Positions 26,947 through 36,893 of a stretch of DNA of 64,000 nucleotides are shown here, in pieces. Made by a program: the position numbers and the translations under genes. The stretch's first letter is position 1, and each line of letters begins with the position of its first letter. Location: NCBI GenBank assembly GCA_965238275.1, contig OZ250186.1, forward strand, positions 1,248,001 to 1,312,000. The letters are read 5' to 3'. Under the pieces are notes generated by a model. The model was given only the letters and a program-made list of their open reading frames with translations, did not search any database and was not told where the DNA came from. The stretch comes from Nitrosopumilus sp. Its GTDB lineage: Archaea > Thermoproteota > Nitrososphaeria > Nitrososphaerales > Nitrosopumilaceae.

Positions 26947-28798
26947 CAGTTAGCACAGAAGTAAAAGATCCTGCCTGACATGCAGGACACGCCCGCGCCA
27001 TCTCGTACACATCCGCACTGAATCTGCAGGCGTTGCCAAAAATAGTTGCCGGCAGGTGCAAATTACATGTCATTGCAGCTTAAAAGAATGGAGTGAGAGT
27101 ACCCGTCAATGAACGACCATAAACGGGCTCACACACCATATCGGATTCACGGAATTGGAATTTAAGGTTTGCACGGCTGCTGCCGGAAACGGCGCCGCAT
27201 CAGGCAGGAGGCAAAACCCGAAGTGACTGCCATGCCCGGCCCGCAGAACCGCATGCAACGTTCCCTGAAAAACAATCCGGCCATGATGGGCGGGCCGGTC
27301 ATGGACGGGGTATCGGAGACATTTGATCCCGGAATTCCGTCCCCCAAAAGGCACAACACCACGTACGGGCCGGCCGATTTTCACAGGGTCATGGTGGCAG
27401 CTGCGCTGCTTGGCGTCTCGGCCTTTGGATACGCGTCTGCCATGCGCAATGCCACGACCTTCCTGTCGGGGCTGAAAAAATCCCACCGCCGGGCCGTCAG
27501 CGGCGAGTGGATCCGGGACACGATATCCAGGATCAAAAGGGATCAGCTGATCAAGGCGTTTAACGAAAAGATAGGCGTCCAGCTGGACAGGTTGCAGGAG
27601 CTGGGCATGCTTGCAGGCAGGAAGATGGACGTGGCCATAGACATGCACCTGATACCCCGCTGGGACTCCAACCACAATGAAGACGTGGTGCGCTCAAAGA
27701 GCAAGGGCAAGACGGGCAGTTTTGAGCGCTACGTCACGGCGCAGTGCGTCAACAGGAGGATGAACCTTGCGCTTGGCGTGATTCACATGCCCGCCCTTGA
27801 AGACGCCTCTGATTTTGTACGGCGGATCATCAAAACGTGCAGGGACAACAGGGTCAGAATCGGGGTTGCCATGCTCGACCGCGAATTCTTTTCCACCGAC
27901 GTCATCCGGACACTGCATGAGACGGGCGTGGACTTTCTCATGCCGTGCGTCAACACGACCAACGTGATCCGGGCCATCGCGCAGTTTGATCGCGGGGAGC
28001 GCATGGCAGTGTCCAGGTTCCGCATAGCAAAGACCAAGAACGACTACGAGGAATACACCATGATAATAACAAAACGCAAAAGAAAAAGCAGGAAATCAGG
28101 CGGCAAAAAGCCCGAGGAGGAATACATCGCGTTTGCCACAAGCGTGCCCGGAATCAAGCCAGACCTGTACTCCAAGAGGTGGGTCATAGAGACCGGATAC
28201 CGAATGGTGGAGAGCCAAAGGGTAAGGACGCGCAGTACCTCCAGTACCGCGCGGCTGTTCTGTTTTCTCTACTCGATGATCCTGTACAACGTGTGGGTTC
28301 TGGCAAATGCCGAGCTGACACGCAATCCGGGCATGTCAGGCGGCAGCGGGGTGTATTTGACAATGAGGCAGATTGACATGAAGGCGATCCTTTTGCTGAT
28401 GACCATTCCCCGGGATCTTGCCAGGCACAAGCCGCCGGATCCGTGCTGCATCTGCCACGCTGCCGGCCGCCGCATCCAAGGCACCCTGCCATCCCTGAAG
28501 TAGATTCCGCAGGGCCGTCTCTTGCAGGAATGAATGAATGAATGGACGGTGCGTAGCCATTCCGAAGAACCGGACGCAGTACTGCGTTTTGCCTTCAAAC
28601 GTATCCAGCGTGCCACCAAATGTTCGTCTTTTGTCCATGGGCACTGCCACCGACACCAGGTACCGCCATGCCCACGCCATACATCCGGATCATGCAGGCA
28701 GGACAAGACATTGGCATGTTTGAGGCTTTCAACATGGGTATTGGAATAGGCATTCTATCCAATCATGCACTAAATTGTTGTTACTTCTGCGTTAACTG
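26947..28798 (+). mobile_element. ISH3-family (IS4-like) insertion sequence, apparently intact
   Basis: TIRs CAGTTAGCACAGAAGTAA and CAGTTAACGCAGAAGTAA. 6-bp TSD GATGAT at 26941-26946 and 28799-28804. Confidence 0.9.
27169..28503 (+). CDS. ISH3-family DDE transposase (real start probably ATG at about 27232)
   Basis: Motifs VAIDMHLIP, MLDREFFS and YSKRWVIETGYR (YREK signature). Confidence 0.9.
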   Translation: MHGCCRKRRRIRQEAKPEVTAMPGPQNRMQRSLKNNPAMMGGPVMDGVSETFDPGIPSPKRHNTTYGPADFHRVMVAAALLGVSAFGYASAMRNATTFLSGLKKSHRRAVSGEWIRDTISRIKRDQLIKAFNEKIGVQLDRLQELGMLAGRKMDVAIDMHLIPRWDSNHNEDVVRSKSKGKTGSFERYVTAQCVNRRMNLALGVIHMPALEDASDFVRRIIKTCRDNRVRIGVAMLDREFFSTDVIRTLHETGVDFLMPCVNTTNVIRAIAQFDRGERMAVSRFRIAKTKNDYEEYTMIITKRKRKSRKSGGKKPEEEYIAFATSVPGIKPDLYSKRWVIETGYRMVESQRVRTRSTSSTARLFCFLYSMILYNVWVLANAELTRNPGMSGGSGVYLTMRQIDMKAILLLMTIPRDLARHKPPDPCCICHAAGRRIQGTLPSLK

Positions 28799-29201
28799 GA
28801 TGATCCATTCGACTTTGGCCTGGTCCAGTTTTTTCATTACTCGCACTCTCCGTCTTCCTATATGACGCCACGCGGCCGTGCGTCTCCACCGACGGACCCA
28901 CACACCGCCGTTTCCAGTAAGGGACAGGCTGACTGCATTTCCCAGGGATTTGGCACGCGATGCCATGCCACCGATGATGTCTGTCATGGGGCGTGTCCAC
29001 CCAGGGCCGGAACCTCAGATGGGGGGTGAACAACTTTCGGGACTATACATGTCCGTCTTCAACCATGTGTCTTAATCCTCATGATCTTTAGCTTTTTCGG
29101 TCTGGATGATGGTGTATGGTGGTGCTCACTGTAACATGGTAGGCAGGATTATGCAATAAGCTACCATATACATAAGTTCTAATAGTCATATTGATCTGTA
29201 T

Positions 29202-32200
29202 GTGGTAATGCTTGACCACACTAAACCCAGCAGGATGGCGCTGTTTGCAGTGGTGCTAATCGTTGCGGCCGTAGCCGCCAACCTCGTGTGGTATGGCGGG
29301 ACGAACCAGTTTGTGGTTGATGGCGGGAAACCTGGGCCGGGACTGCTGCCGGATGGCACCGCCTGGCCGGGGTTGGAGGCTGCGGTATCGGCAGGCATGC
29401 CGGGCCACGCCCACGCCGAACAGAACCAACAGGTTACTGGTGGGTTGGATCTGGTGGCGTCCATCCATGATGGCACCGACGGCTTTACGGGTCTTCACCA
29501 TCCGCGCAGCGTAGCTACCTTTCAGATGGGCAGGAACACATACGCGGCAATCGCCGCATCAGATGACGGCGTCCAGATAGTCGACGTCACCAACCCATCC
29601 AATCCTTCAGCGATCGCACACCTTAGGGACAGCGACACACGCGAACTCGATGGCGCGCGTGACATAAAGATATTCGAGATCAGCGGCAAGACATACGCTA
29701 TTGTTGGGGGATCCAGAGACAACGGCGTCCAGATAGTCGACGTCACCGACCCGCGCCAGCCGGTTGCGGCAGGACGCATTACCGACGAATACCTGAAAGA
29801 ATCTTACCGCCAGCATTACCGCACTCAGATCACGCCGGACTTTCACAATCCGCTTGGCGTTGCAATCTTCGAGAGGGGAGGGGATCTCTACGCGATCGTC
29901 ACGGCAACAGACGAGATTGCCGTCCAGATCTTCAACATCACAGACCCGCTCAACCCAACCCCGGCGGGGCACATGCAGGACGACGACAATCTCGAGCTTA
30001 GAGGTGCGCTTGGTGTCGACACGTTTGAGATAGACGGTGGCACGTACGCGATTGTCGTTGGACACAGGGACGACGGTGTGCAGATAGTCAACGTGACCGA
30101 CCCGCATGCCCCTGTTGCCGCAGGTTCCGTGGCAGACAACGCCAATTTGGAGCTATACCACGCCACCGGCGTCACTATATTCAAGTCCGGGAACAGCACG
30201 TACGCGGCGGTCGCGGGATACGAAGACTATGGAATGCAGATAATCGACGTCACGGATCCGCTCAACCCCGCTCCTGCCGGGAGCGTCACCAAAGTGAGTG
30301 ATACACTCGGGTATAGCACCGCGTCTCAGGTTGACATCTTTTATGCCGGAGGCGGCACGTACGCGGTCGTCACGTCATTTAACGGCGGATACATCTATCT
30401 GGTGGATCTTACCGATCCCTACAACCCGGCCAACCTAGCATACATCCAAACTCCTTACCGCATGGGCAACGGAGGGTACGGCGTCGACGTCTTTGAGACC
30501 GGCGGCGGCCTGTACGCGATCACTACGGCATACAAATCGAACTACGCCCATATCCTGCAGATCAGCATGACAGTCGACCGGCCACCCTGGGTAGCCGTCA
30601 ACTTGCAGCCGTTCGTATCGATACCGGCCGGCAGCGCCTATGAGGACGCAGGCGCCACCTGTACCGACGAGGCCGAAGGTGACCTCACGGGGCAGGTACT
30701 GACCGCCTCTAACGTCGACACCGCCGTACCCGGCACGTATGCCGTCACGTACACGTGCGCCGACACGGCGGGCAACGAGGCGACTGCCACGCGGACGGTG
30801 GTCGTGACGACGCCCCCTGCCCCGCTTCCTGTTGGCGCCCCGGTCATTGACGTTATCGGAGCCACTCCGGCCGAGGTGGCCGTCGGGGACGCCTACGCCG
30901 ACGCGGGAGCCACCTGCACAGACGAGGACTATGGAGACCTGACCGACAAGATAAGGATCGCATCCGACGTCAACGTATATGCGCACGGCAACTACACAGT
31001 CACCTACAGGTGCGCTGACTCGGAGGACAACGAGGCGACTGCCACGCGGACGGTGACCGTGACGGATGCAGACGCCCCCAGCATCTCCCGCACCGGCCAC
31101 TCCCCTGCCAAGATATACGTTGGGGACGCCTACGCCGACGCGGGAGCCACCTGCATGGACAGGGTGGAGGGCGACCTCACCGACAGCATGACGATCACCG
31201 GCAGCGTAGACACCTCTGCTGCTGGATCGTACACGATAACCTATTCGTGTGCCGACTCGGTGGGCAACGCGGCCGCCGACGCTTCCCGAACCGTGATCGT
31301 GCTTGATCCCGTTTCTGTAATTGCCGACGGGGTGGGAAACTTTACCGAGCTTGAAGGCGCGTACGGCGTCGAGATCTTTGAGAGTGGCAACAGCACGTAC
31401 GCGATTGTCACCGGATCCCACGACGACGGCGTGCAGATAATTGATGTCACCGACCCGAACCGCCCCGCGGCGGCCGGAAGCATCTCGGACAGTGCCGTTC
31501 TGGAGCTTGAAGGCGCGTACGGCGTCGAGATCTTTGAGAGTGGCAACAGCACGTACGCGATAGTCACCGGGTTCTACGACGACGGCGTGCAGATAATCGA
31601 CGTCACAGACCCGTTCAACCTCGCGGCGGCCGGGAGCATCTCTGACGGCGCCGGCCTGAAGCTTGACGGCGCATCCGACGTAGAGGTTTTTGAGAGAGGT
31701 GGCAGCACCTACGCGATAGTCGCGTCATACACCGACGACGGCGTGCAGATAATCGACGTCACAGACCCGTTCAACCCCGCGGCGGCCGGAAGCATCTCGG
31801 ACAGTGCCGTTCTGGAGCTTGACGGCGCGTACGGCGTCGAGATCTTTGAGAGAGGTGGCAGCACCTACGCGATAGTCGTCGGACACGAGGACAACGGCAT
31901 CCAGATAATCGACGTCACCGACCCTGCCAATCCGACCGCGATGGGCCACCTCTCCGACAGCCGCCGCCATCACCTTAATGGCCCGACAGATGTGGCCGTC
32001 TTTGAGAGGGACGGCAGCACCTACGCGATCGTCACGGCGCTCTACGACGACGGCGTCCATGTGATAAACGTCACCGACCCTGCCAACCCGACCGCAGAGG
32101 GGCGCAAGACCTACGACCCCAGTTACCTTGACGGCCTATATGGCGTTACCGTCTTCTGGGACGGCGACAGCACCTACGCGATCATCATGCAAGGCTTGCT

Positions 32201-33869
32201 CGACGGTGTTCGAATAGTGGACATCACCGATCCATCCAAGCTGGTTAACAAGAAGGTCATCTACGACAACGCAATTCTCAGGCTTGACGGCGCGAATGAC
32301 GCTGCCACCTTCAAGATAGACGGCATCACCTACGCGATAGTCACGGCCAGGGATGATGACGGGGCCCTGATAATGCCCGTGGCCGCGTCTGCCGCCGCGC
32401 GCGCACCGCCGGTCATAGCGCTCAACGGGACGTCTCCCGTCCAGGTACCTGCGGGCTCCGCCTACGTCGACGCGGGTGCCACCTGCACCGACGAGACAGA
32501 AGGCGACCTCACCGACCTGATGCAGGTCATCCCAACTGTCGACACAGCTGTTTCTGGCAACTACGCCGTTACGTACATGTGCACCGACTCGATGGGCAAC
32601 GAGGCGACCGCCGTCCGGGAGGTTCGTGTAGTGGATGCCCAACAGCCTGCCTTCACCGCCCCCGCCTTGAACGTCCCCGTCGAGGATTCGCCGCCCCCGC
32701 CGCCGCCCAACACCGTAGTCTTGGAGCCGCGCGGCTCCCGCGACATAGGCAGGATCACCCTGACCAGCTCGGTGCCCGGGACCATCCACGCTTCCTGGGA
32801 GGAACCCAGCGAGGATCCCGCCAACTACAGGATATCATGGGCCAAGGTGGGTGATGACTTCCTGGCCTGGATCGACCAGACCGGCAACGCCTTCCCGACA
32901 GAACCACGTCATACCATTACGGGCCTGGAGGGTGGCGAGGAGTACAAGGTGATGGTGCGCGCCTCCTACGACGGCACCGCCGGCGACTGGAGCGGCGAGG
33001 TAACCATCACCGTTGCGGAGCCGCCTGGCAACAGCCAGTCCGTCGAGGATCCGCCGCCCCCGCCGCCGCCCAACACCGTAGTCTTGGAGCCGACCGGGCC
33101 GCTCGGCCCCCGCGACATAGGCAGGATCACCCTGACCAGCTCGGTGCCCGGGACCATCCACGCTTCCTGGGAGGAACCCAGCGAGGATCCCGCCAACTAC
33201 AGGATATCATGGGCCAAGGTGGGTGATGACTTCCTGGCCTGGATCGACCAGACCGGCAACGCCTTCCCGACAGAACCACGTCATACCATTACGGGCCTGG
33301 AGGGTGGCGAGGAGTACAAGGTGATGGTGCGCGCCTCCTACGACGGCACCGCCGGCGACTGGAGCGGCGAGGTAACCATCACCGTTGCGGAGCCGCCTGG
33401 CAACAGCCAGTCCGTCGAGGATCCGCCGCCCCCGCCGCCGTCCAACACCGTAGTCTTGGAGCCGACCGGGCCGCTCGGCCCCCGCGACATAGGCAGGATC
33501 ACCCTGACCAGCTCGGTGCCCGGGACCATCCACGCTTCCTGGGAGGAACCCAGCGAGGATCCCGCCAACTACAGGATATCATGGGCCAAGGTGGGTGATG
33601 ACTTCCTGACCTGGATCGACCAGACCGGCAACGCCTTCCCGACAGAACCACGTCATACCATTACGGGCCTGGAGGGTGGCGAGGAGTACAAGGTGATGGT
33701 GCGCGCCTCCTACGACGGCACCGCCGGCGACTGGAGCGGCGAGGTAACCATCACCGTTGCGGAGCCGCCTGGCAACAGCCAGTCCGTCGAGGATCCGCCG
33801 CCCCCGCCGCCGCCCAACACCGTAGTCTTGGAGCCGACCGGGCCGCTCGGCCCCCGCGACATATACTGA
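29202..33869 (+). CDS. Surface protein with two 7-repeat LVIVD-like propellers, four DUF5011-like modules and FN3 repeats; interrupted by IS630
   Basis: TM leader plus HAHAE; DGVQIIDVTDP repeats; YxDAGATCxD...GDLT modules. The stop codon lies within the IS630 end. Confidence 0.88.
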   Translation: MVMLDHTKPSRMALFAVVLIVAAVAANLVWYGGTNQFVVDGGKPGPGLLPDGTAWPGLEAAVSAGMPGHAHAEQNQQVTGGLDLVASIHDGTDGFTGLHHPRSVATFQMGRNTYAAIAASDDGVQIVDVTNPSNPSAIAHLRDSDTRELDGARDIKIFEISGKTYAIVGGSRDNGVQIVDVTDPRQPVAAGRITDEYLKESYRQHYRTQITPDFHNPLGVAIFERGGDLYAIVTATDEIAVQIFNITDPLNPTPAGHMQDDDNLELRGALGVDTFEIDGGTYAIVVGHRDDGVQIVNVTDPHAPVAAGSVADNANLELYHATGVTIFKSGNSTYAAVAGYEDYGMQIIDVTDPLNPAPAGSVTKVSDTLGYSTASQVDIFYAGGGTYAVVTSFNGGYIYLVDLTDPYNPANLAYIQTPYRMGNGGYGVDVFETGGGLYAITTAYKSNYAHILQISMTVDRPPWVAVNLQPFVSIPAGSAYEDAGATCTDEAEGDLTGQVLTASNVDTAVPGTYAVTYTCADTAGNEATATRTVVVTTPPAPLPVGAPVIDVIGATPAEVAVGDAYADAGATCTDEDYGDLTDKIRIASDVNVYAHGNYTVTYRCADSEDNEATATRTVTVTDADAPSISRTGHSPAKIYVGDAYADAGATCMDRVEGDLTDSMTITGSVDTSAAGSYTITYSCADSVGNAAADASRTVIVLDPVSVIADGVGNFTELEGAYGVEIFESGNSTYAIVTGSHDDGVQIIDVTDPNRPAAAGSISDSAVLELEGAYGVEIFESGNSTYAIVTGFYDDGVQIIDVTDPFNLAAAGSISDGAGLKLDGASDVEVFERGGSTYAIVASYTDDGVQIIDVTDPFNPAAAGSISDSAVLELDGAYGVEIFERGGSTYAIVVGHEDNGIQIIDVTDPANPTAMGHLSDSRRHHLNGPTDVAVFERDGSTYAIVTALYDDGVHVINVTDPANPTAEGRKTYDPSYLDGLYGVTVFWDGDSTYAIIMQGLLDGVRIVDITDPSKLVNKKVIYDNAILRLDGANDAATFKIDGITYAIVTARDDDGALIMPVAASAAARAPPVIALNGTSPVQVPAGSAYVDAGATCTDETEGDLTDLMQVIPTVDTAVSGNYAVTYMCTDSMGNEATAVREVRVVDAQQPAFTAPALNVPVEDSPPPPPPNTVVLEPRGSRDIGRITLTSSVPGTIHASWEEPSEDPANYRISWAKVGDDFLAWIDQTGNAFPTEPRHTITGLEGGEEYKVMVRASYDGTAGDWSGEVTITVAEPPGNSQSVEDPPPPPPPNTVVLEPTGPLGPRDIGRITLTSSVPGTIHASWEEPSEDPANYRISWAKVGDDFLAWIDQTGNAFPTEPRHTITGLEGGEEYKVMVRASYDGTAGDWSGEVTITVAEPPGNSQSVEDPPPPPPSNTVVLEPTGPLGPRDIGRITLTSSVPGTIHASWEEPSEDPANYRISWAKVGDDFLTWIDQTGNAFPTEPRHTITGLEGGEEYKVMVRASYDGTAGDWSGEVTITVAEPPGNSQSVEDPPPPPPPNTVVLEPTGPLGPRDIY

Positions 33870-34963
33870 CGCGCAAAAGTCTTTGAACAAATGCCCTAGC
33901 CAACCGCAAAGTTTCTAGATCAGACCCATTTCAGGGAATACATGGACAACACCAAACTGGAAGAACTCGAAAAGGCGTACAAAAAGGAAAAGGACCACAA
34001 GGTCCGAACCAGAATGGTTGTGGTGCGCATGGTGCGCGTGCGCAACATGACCGTGGAGGATACTGCCGACATCCAAGGACGTAGTCCAAACTGGGTCCGT
34101 AACTAGTTGCGCCGCTTCGACGACGGGGGCCTGCAAGGCCTCCGTGATCTTCCACGATGCGGACGGCCCAGAAAGATTTCACGAGACGTCATGGACAGAA
34201 TAATCGTAAGGGCATCCTGCTGTAGAATCACGCCCTCGGAGTTGCAGCAGAAGATACGCAAGGACGCGGGCGTAAAACTTCACATCACGTACGTCAGGAA
34301 AATCATGCACCAGCACAACCTGTCCCAAAGGCACCGCGAAAGGTCCACGTCAATAGGGCCAACAAGAAGGCCGTGCAGAACTGGAAATATCGCTTCAACA
34401 AGCGCGTTTCACGCCTAGAAAAGGATGGTTTCACCGTATTAATGGAGGACGAGGCAATTTTCATACACGACGTGATAGTCGGCCGCAAATACTGGTCCCC
34501 GGTGGGCCGTTCCATAAGCGTGCCGTATACTGGCAGCCACAAGAGGATCGCAGCGTACGGCTCAATTACCCGGGACGGCAGGCAGTTCTTCCGGACGTAT
34601 GAGAAATTCGACGGGCCCACGTTTGTCAAATACCTCAAGGATCTGCACAGGCACTTTGGCAAGGTGGCAGTGACCGCAGACAGGGCACCGCAGCACCGCT
34701 CAAAACTGGTAAAGGAATTTCTGCGAAATAACAAGGACGTCAAGATGATCTATTTGCCAAAGGGCTCGCCGTATCTCAACGCGATGGAAGAGTGCTGGCA
34801 CCAGGGAAAGCGCGTCCTGCTTGTCTCTGAATATTACAGGACATTCCAAGACATGCACCGGGCAGTTTCGCTGTATTATCGAACTGTCAGATTCAAGCTT
34901 GACCTTCTCAAATTTACCAGCCGAAAATATGAGATGCTGTGCAAGGACTTTTGATCGTCAGTA
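33864..34963 (+). mobile_element. IS630-family insertion sequence
   Basis: TA duplication at 33862-33863 and 34964-34965. 26-bp imperfect TIR TACTGACG..CAAAAGTC.TTG.ACA. Removal restores cgcgacataggcagg. Confidence 0.95.
33942..34954 (+). pseudogene. IS630 transposase with an in-frame TAG (34104-34106) and a frameshift at about 34325
   Basis: HTH segment ...SPNWVRN*LRRF; DDE motifs MEDEA, ADRAPQH and SPYLNAMEECW. Confidence 0.9.
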
Positions 34964-35529
34964 TAGGCAGGATCACCCTGACCAGCTCGGTGCCCGGGAC
35001 CATCCACGCTTCCTGGGAGGAACCCAGCGAGGATCCCGCCAACTACAGGATATCATGGGCCAAGGTGGGTGATGACTTCCTGGCCTGGATCGACCAGACC
35101 GGCAACGCCTTCCCGACAGAACCACGTCATACCATTACGGGCCTGGAGGGTGGCGAGGAGTACAAGGTGATGGTGCGCGCCTCCTACGACGGCACCGCCG
35201 GCGACTGGAGCGGCGAGGTAACCATCACCGTTGCGGAGCCGCCTGGCAACAGCCAGTCCGTCGAGGATCCGCCGCCCCCGCCGCCGTCCAACACCGTAGT
35301 CTTGGAGCCGACCGGGCCGCTCGGCCCCCGCGACATAGGCAGGATCACCCTGACCAGCTCGGTGCCCGGGACCATCCACGCTTCCTGGGAGGAACCCAGC
35401 GAGGATCCCGCCAACTACAGGATATCATGGGCCAAGGTGGGTGATGACTTCCTGGCCTGGATCGACCAGACCGGCAACGCCTTCCCGACAGAACCACGTC
35501 ATACCATTACGGGCTTGGAGGGTGGCGAG
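34964..35529 (+). pseudogene. Orphaned 3' continuation of the 29202 gene, cut off mid-FN3
   Basis: FN3 repeat identity stops abruptly after ggtggcgag at 35529. Confidence 0.88.
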
Positions 35530-35961
35530 ATGCTGTCCGATGCGGGCCGATCAGGGTGGAAAGCCGGCATGCGGGACTTCTCTGGATTGGGGGCTGTCAA
35601 TCTGGGATTTTGCATGACGAATCTGGAAAGCTGCCCACCAGCGTCCCGATCCTAGCTGATGAGTCCCCTTGCCTTGAGTTTAGCCATTGTTCCGGCTACC
35701 TCATGCAACACAGATTACCTGGAGCGTAGAATTTTTCTAGCGATCAGTTTCTTCTTGGGATTGACCTTGACCTTACACACTATCGTATAGTTGGTGCTTG
35801 GCACATCGTTTCGCAAAATCATTTCATGAACAGAAATGCCAGCTTTTTCCAAATACGTATACCGACAATGAAAAATTCATATCAAAATTTTCCATAAATG
35901 CCTGATACGGCAACTGCATCTGGAAATCATGACACATGATAACCCCTTCCGGCTCGACGTG

Positions 35962-36356
35962 GGCCCTCTCCAGGGCCTCCTCCCTTGATATGCGAAGCTT
36001 GTCCTTGAGATGGACGTCTGAGATTCCAAGATATGCAGCGCACCACTTTGCATCGCACCCCAGCGAGGCGTCGATATCGCCCCTCCGTGGGATACGATGT
36101 CTGCCTTGAGTCCCTGTTTTATGATGGTCCTTGTAGCCTCCCTGTGATCCTCTGAGACGACAGGCGATATCTCAATCTGGTTCACCCCGAAATAATCCAG
36201 CATCCGGGCAATCTGGATCCTGTGCTTGTTTGTAAAGGAGACCCCCGGATGCTGCTCTCCCTCCCTGAGGGTGCTGTCAAGTATCCTGATCTTCTTCTGG
36301 TTCTTGTCGTATGCGTTGTACATGTCTGCATAGTGGTTCGGTTCCACCATCATCAT
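35962..36356 (-). pseudogene. Homocitrate synthase/LeuA-family (DRE-TIM) gene, frameshifted and truncated
   Basis: Motif ILDSTLREGEQHPG. After SHG the homology continues in another frame (DIDASLGCDAKWCAAYLGISDVHLKDKLRISREEALERA) and then stops. Confidence 0.85.
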
Positions 36357-36473
36357 CACCGAAATCGTTGGGGTTTACTGTCGATATAAACATATTCGTA
36401 CCAAAATCGTTGAAAACAGCCTGAATTGATCCTGAATCCGTCTTAAACCGTTGTCATGTTGCGAAAATCGTCC

Positions 36474-36893
36474 TCATGCAATCTTCCGCAGGATGATCAC
36501 CGTGTTTGTATCCATGACGCCGCTTATCTTTCGCAGCGCGTCAATGGTGGCATTTATCCCTGCAATGCTTGAGGAGCTGATTATTGTGGCAATGTCGTAC
36601 TGCCCGGTAATCTCGTAGACTGTCCTGACCCCCTCCAGCCCTGCAAGGTTCACAGATACCTTGGACGTGTCTGTTGCAGATTCCACTGAGACCAGAACTA
36701 TTGCGCTTGTGGCCTCCTCGTGGCCCATCTCCAGCGTGAACCTTTTGATGATCCCGCCGTCGACCATCCTCTTTACGCGTCTTCTGACTGCGGACTCGGA
36801 AAGCCCTATGCTCCTGCCGATCTCCCCCGATGACGTCCTGGAGTCGACTTTGAGGCGCTCTATGATCCTGTCGTCTGTGCTATCCCTGTACAC
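36474..36893 (-). CDS. lysM: Lrp/AsnC-family regulator LysM
   Basis: HTH LSESAVRRRVKRM and RAM domain YEITGQYDI; position within the lys/arg cluster; GTG start at 36893. Confidence 0.85.
   Translation of the reverse strand: MYRDSTDDRIIERLKVDSRTSSGEIGRSIGLSESAVRRRVKRMVDGGIIKRFTLEMGHEEATSAIVLVSVESATDTSKVSVNLAGLEGVRTVYEITGQYDIATIISSSSIAGINATIDALRKISGVMDTNTVIILRKIA

Larger units (their letters stand above)
26848..29049 (-). mobile_element. IS481-like element remnant (left end and HTH only), split by the ISH3 element and truncated by the IS5 element
   Basis: Removing 26947-28798 and one GATGAT restores MKKLDQAKVEWIIQQKHKNARNKEIAASMGVSVRWVQKLWKRYK. A minus-strand TGTATAGTCCCGAAAG end starts at 29049. 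Confidence 0.7.
32739..35529 (+). repeat. 372-bp near-identical FN3 plus polyproline units, five copies (fourth split by IS630, fifth truncated)
   Basis: cgcgacata recurs at 32739, 33111, 33483, 33855 and 35329. Confidence 0.93.

Noticed and set aside
34104-34330. Pyrrolysine readthrough of the TAG, or a programmed -1 frameshift in the IS630 transposase
   Set aside because: The TAG sits where Trp (TGG) is expected, and CCCAAAG is not phased as X-XXY-YYZ in the zero frame. Simple decay explains both.
35650-35825. Short minus-strand reading frame MILRND...RSR*...KLKARGLIS
   Set aside because: It is interrupted by a stop codon and has no recognisable motif, so it cannot be supported as a gene.
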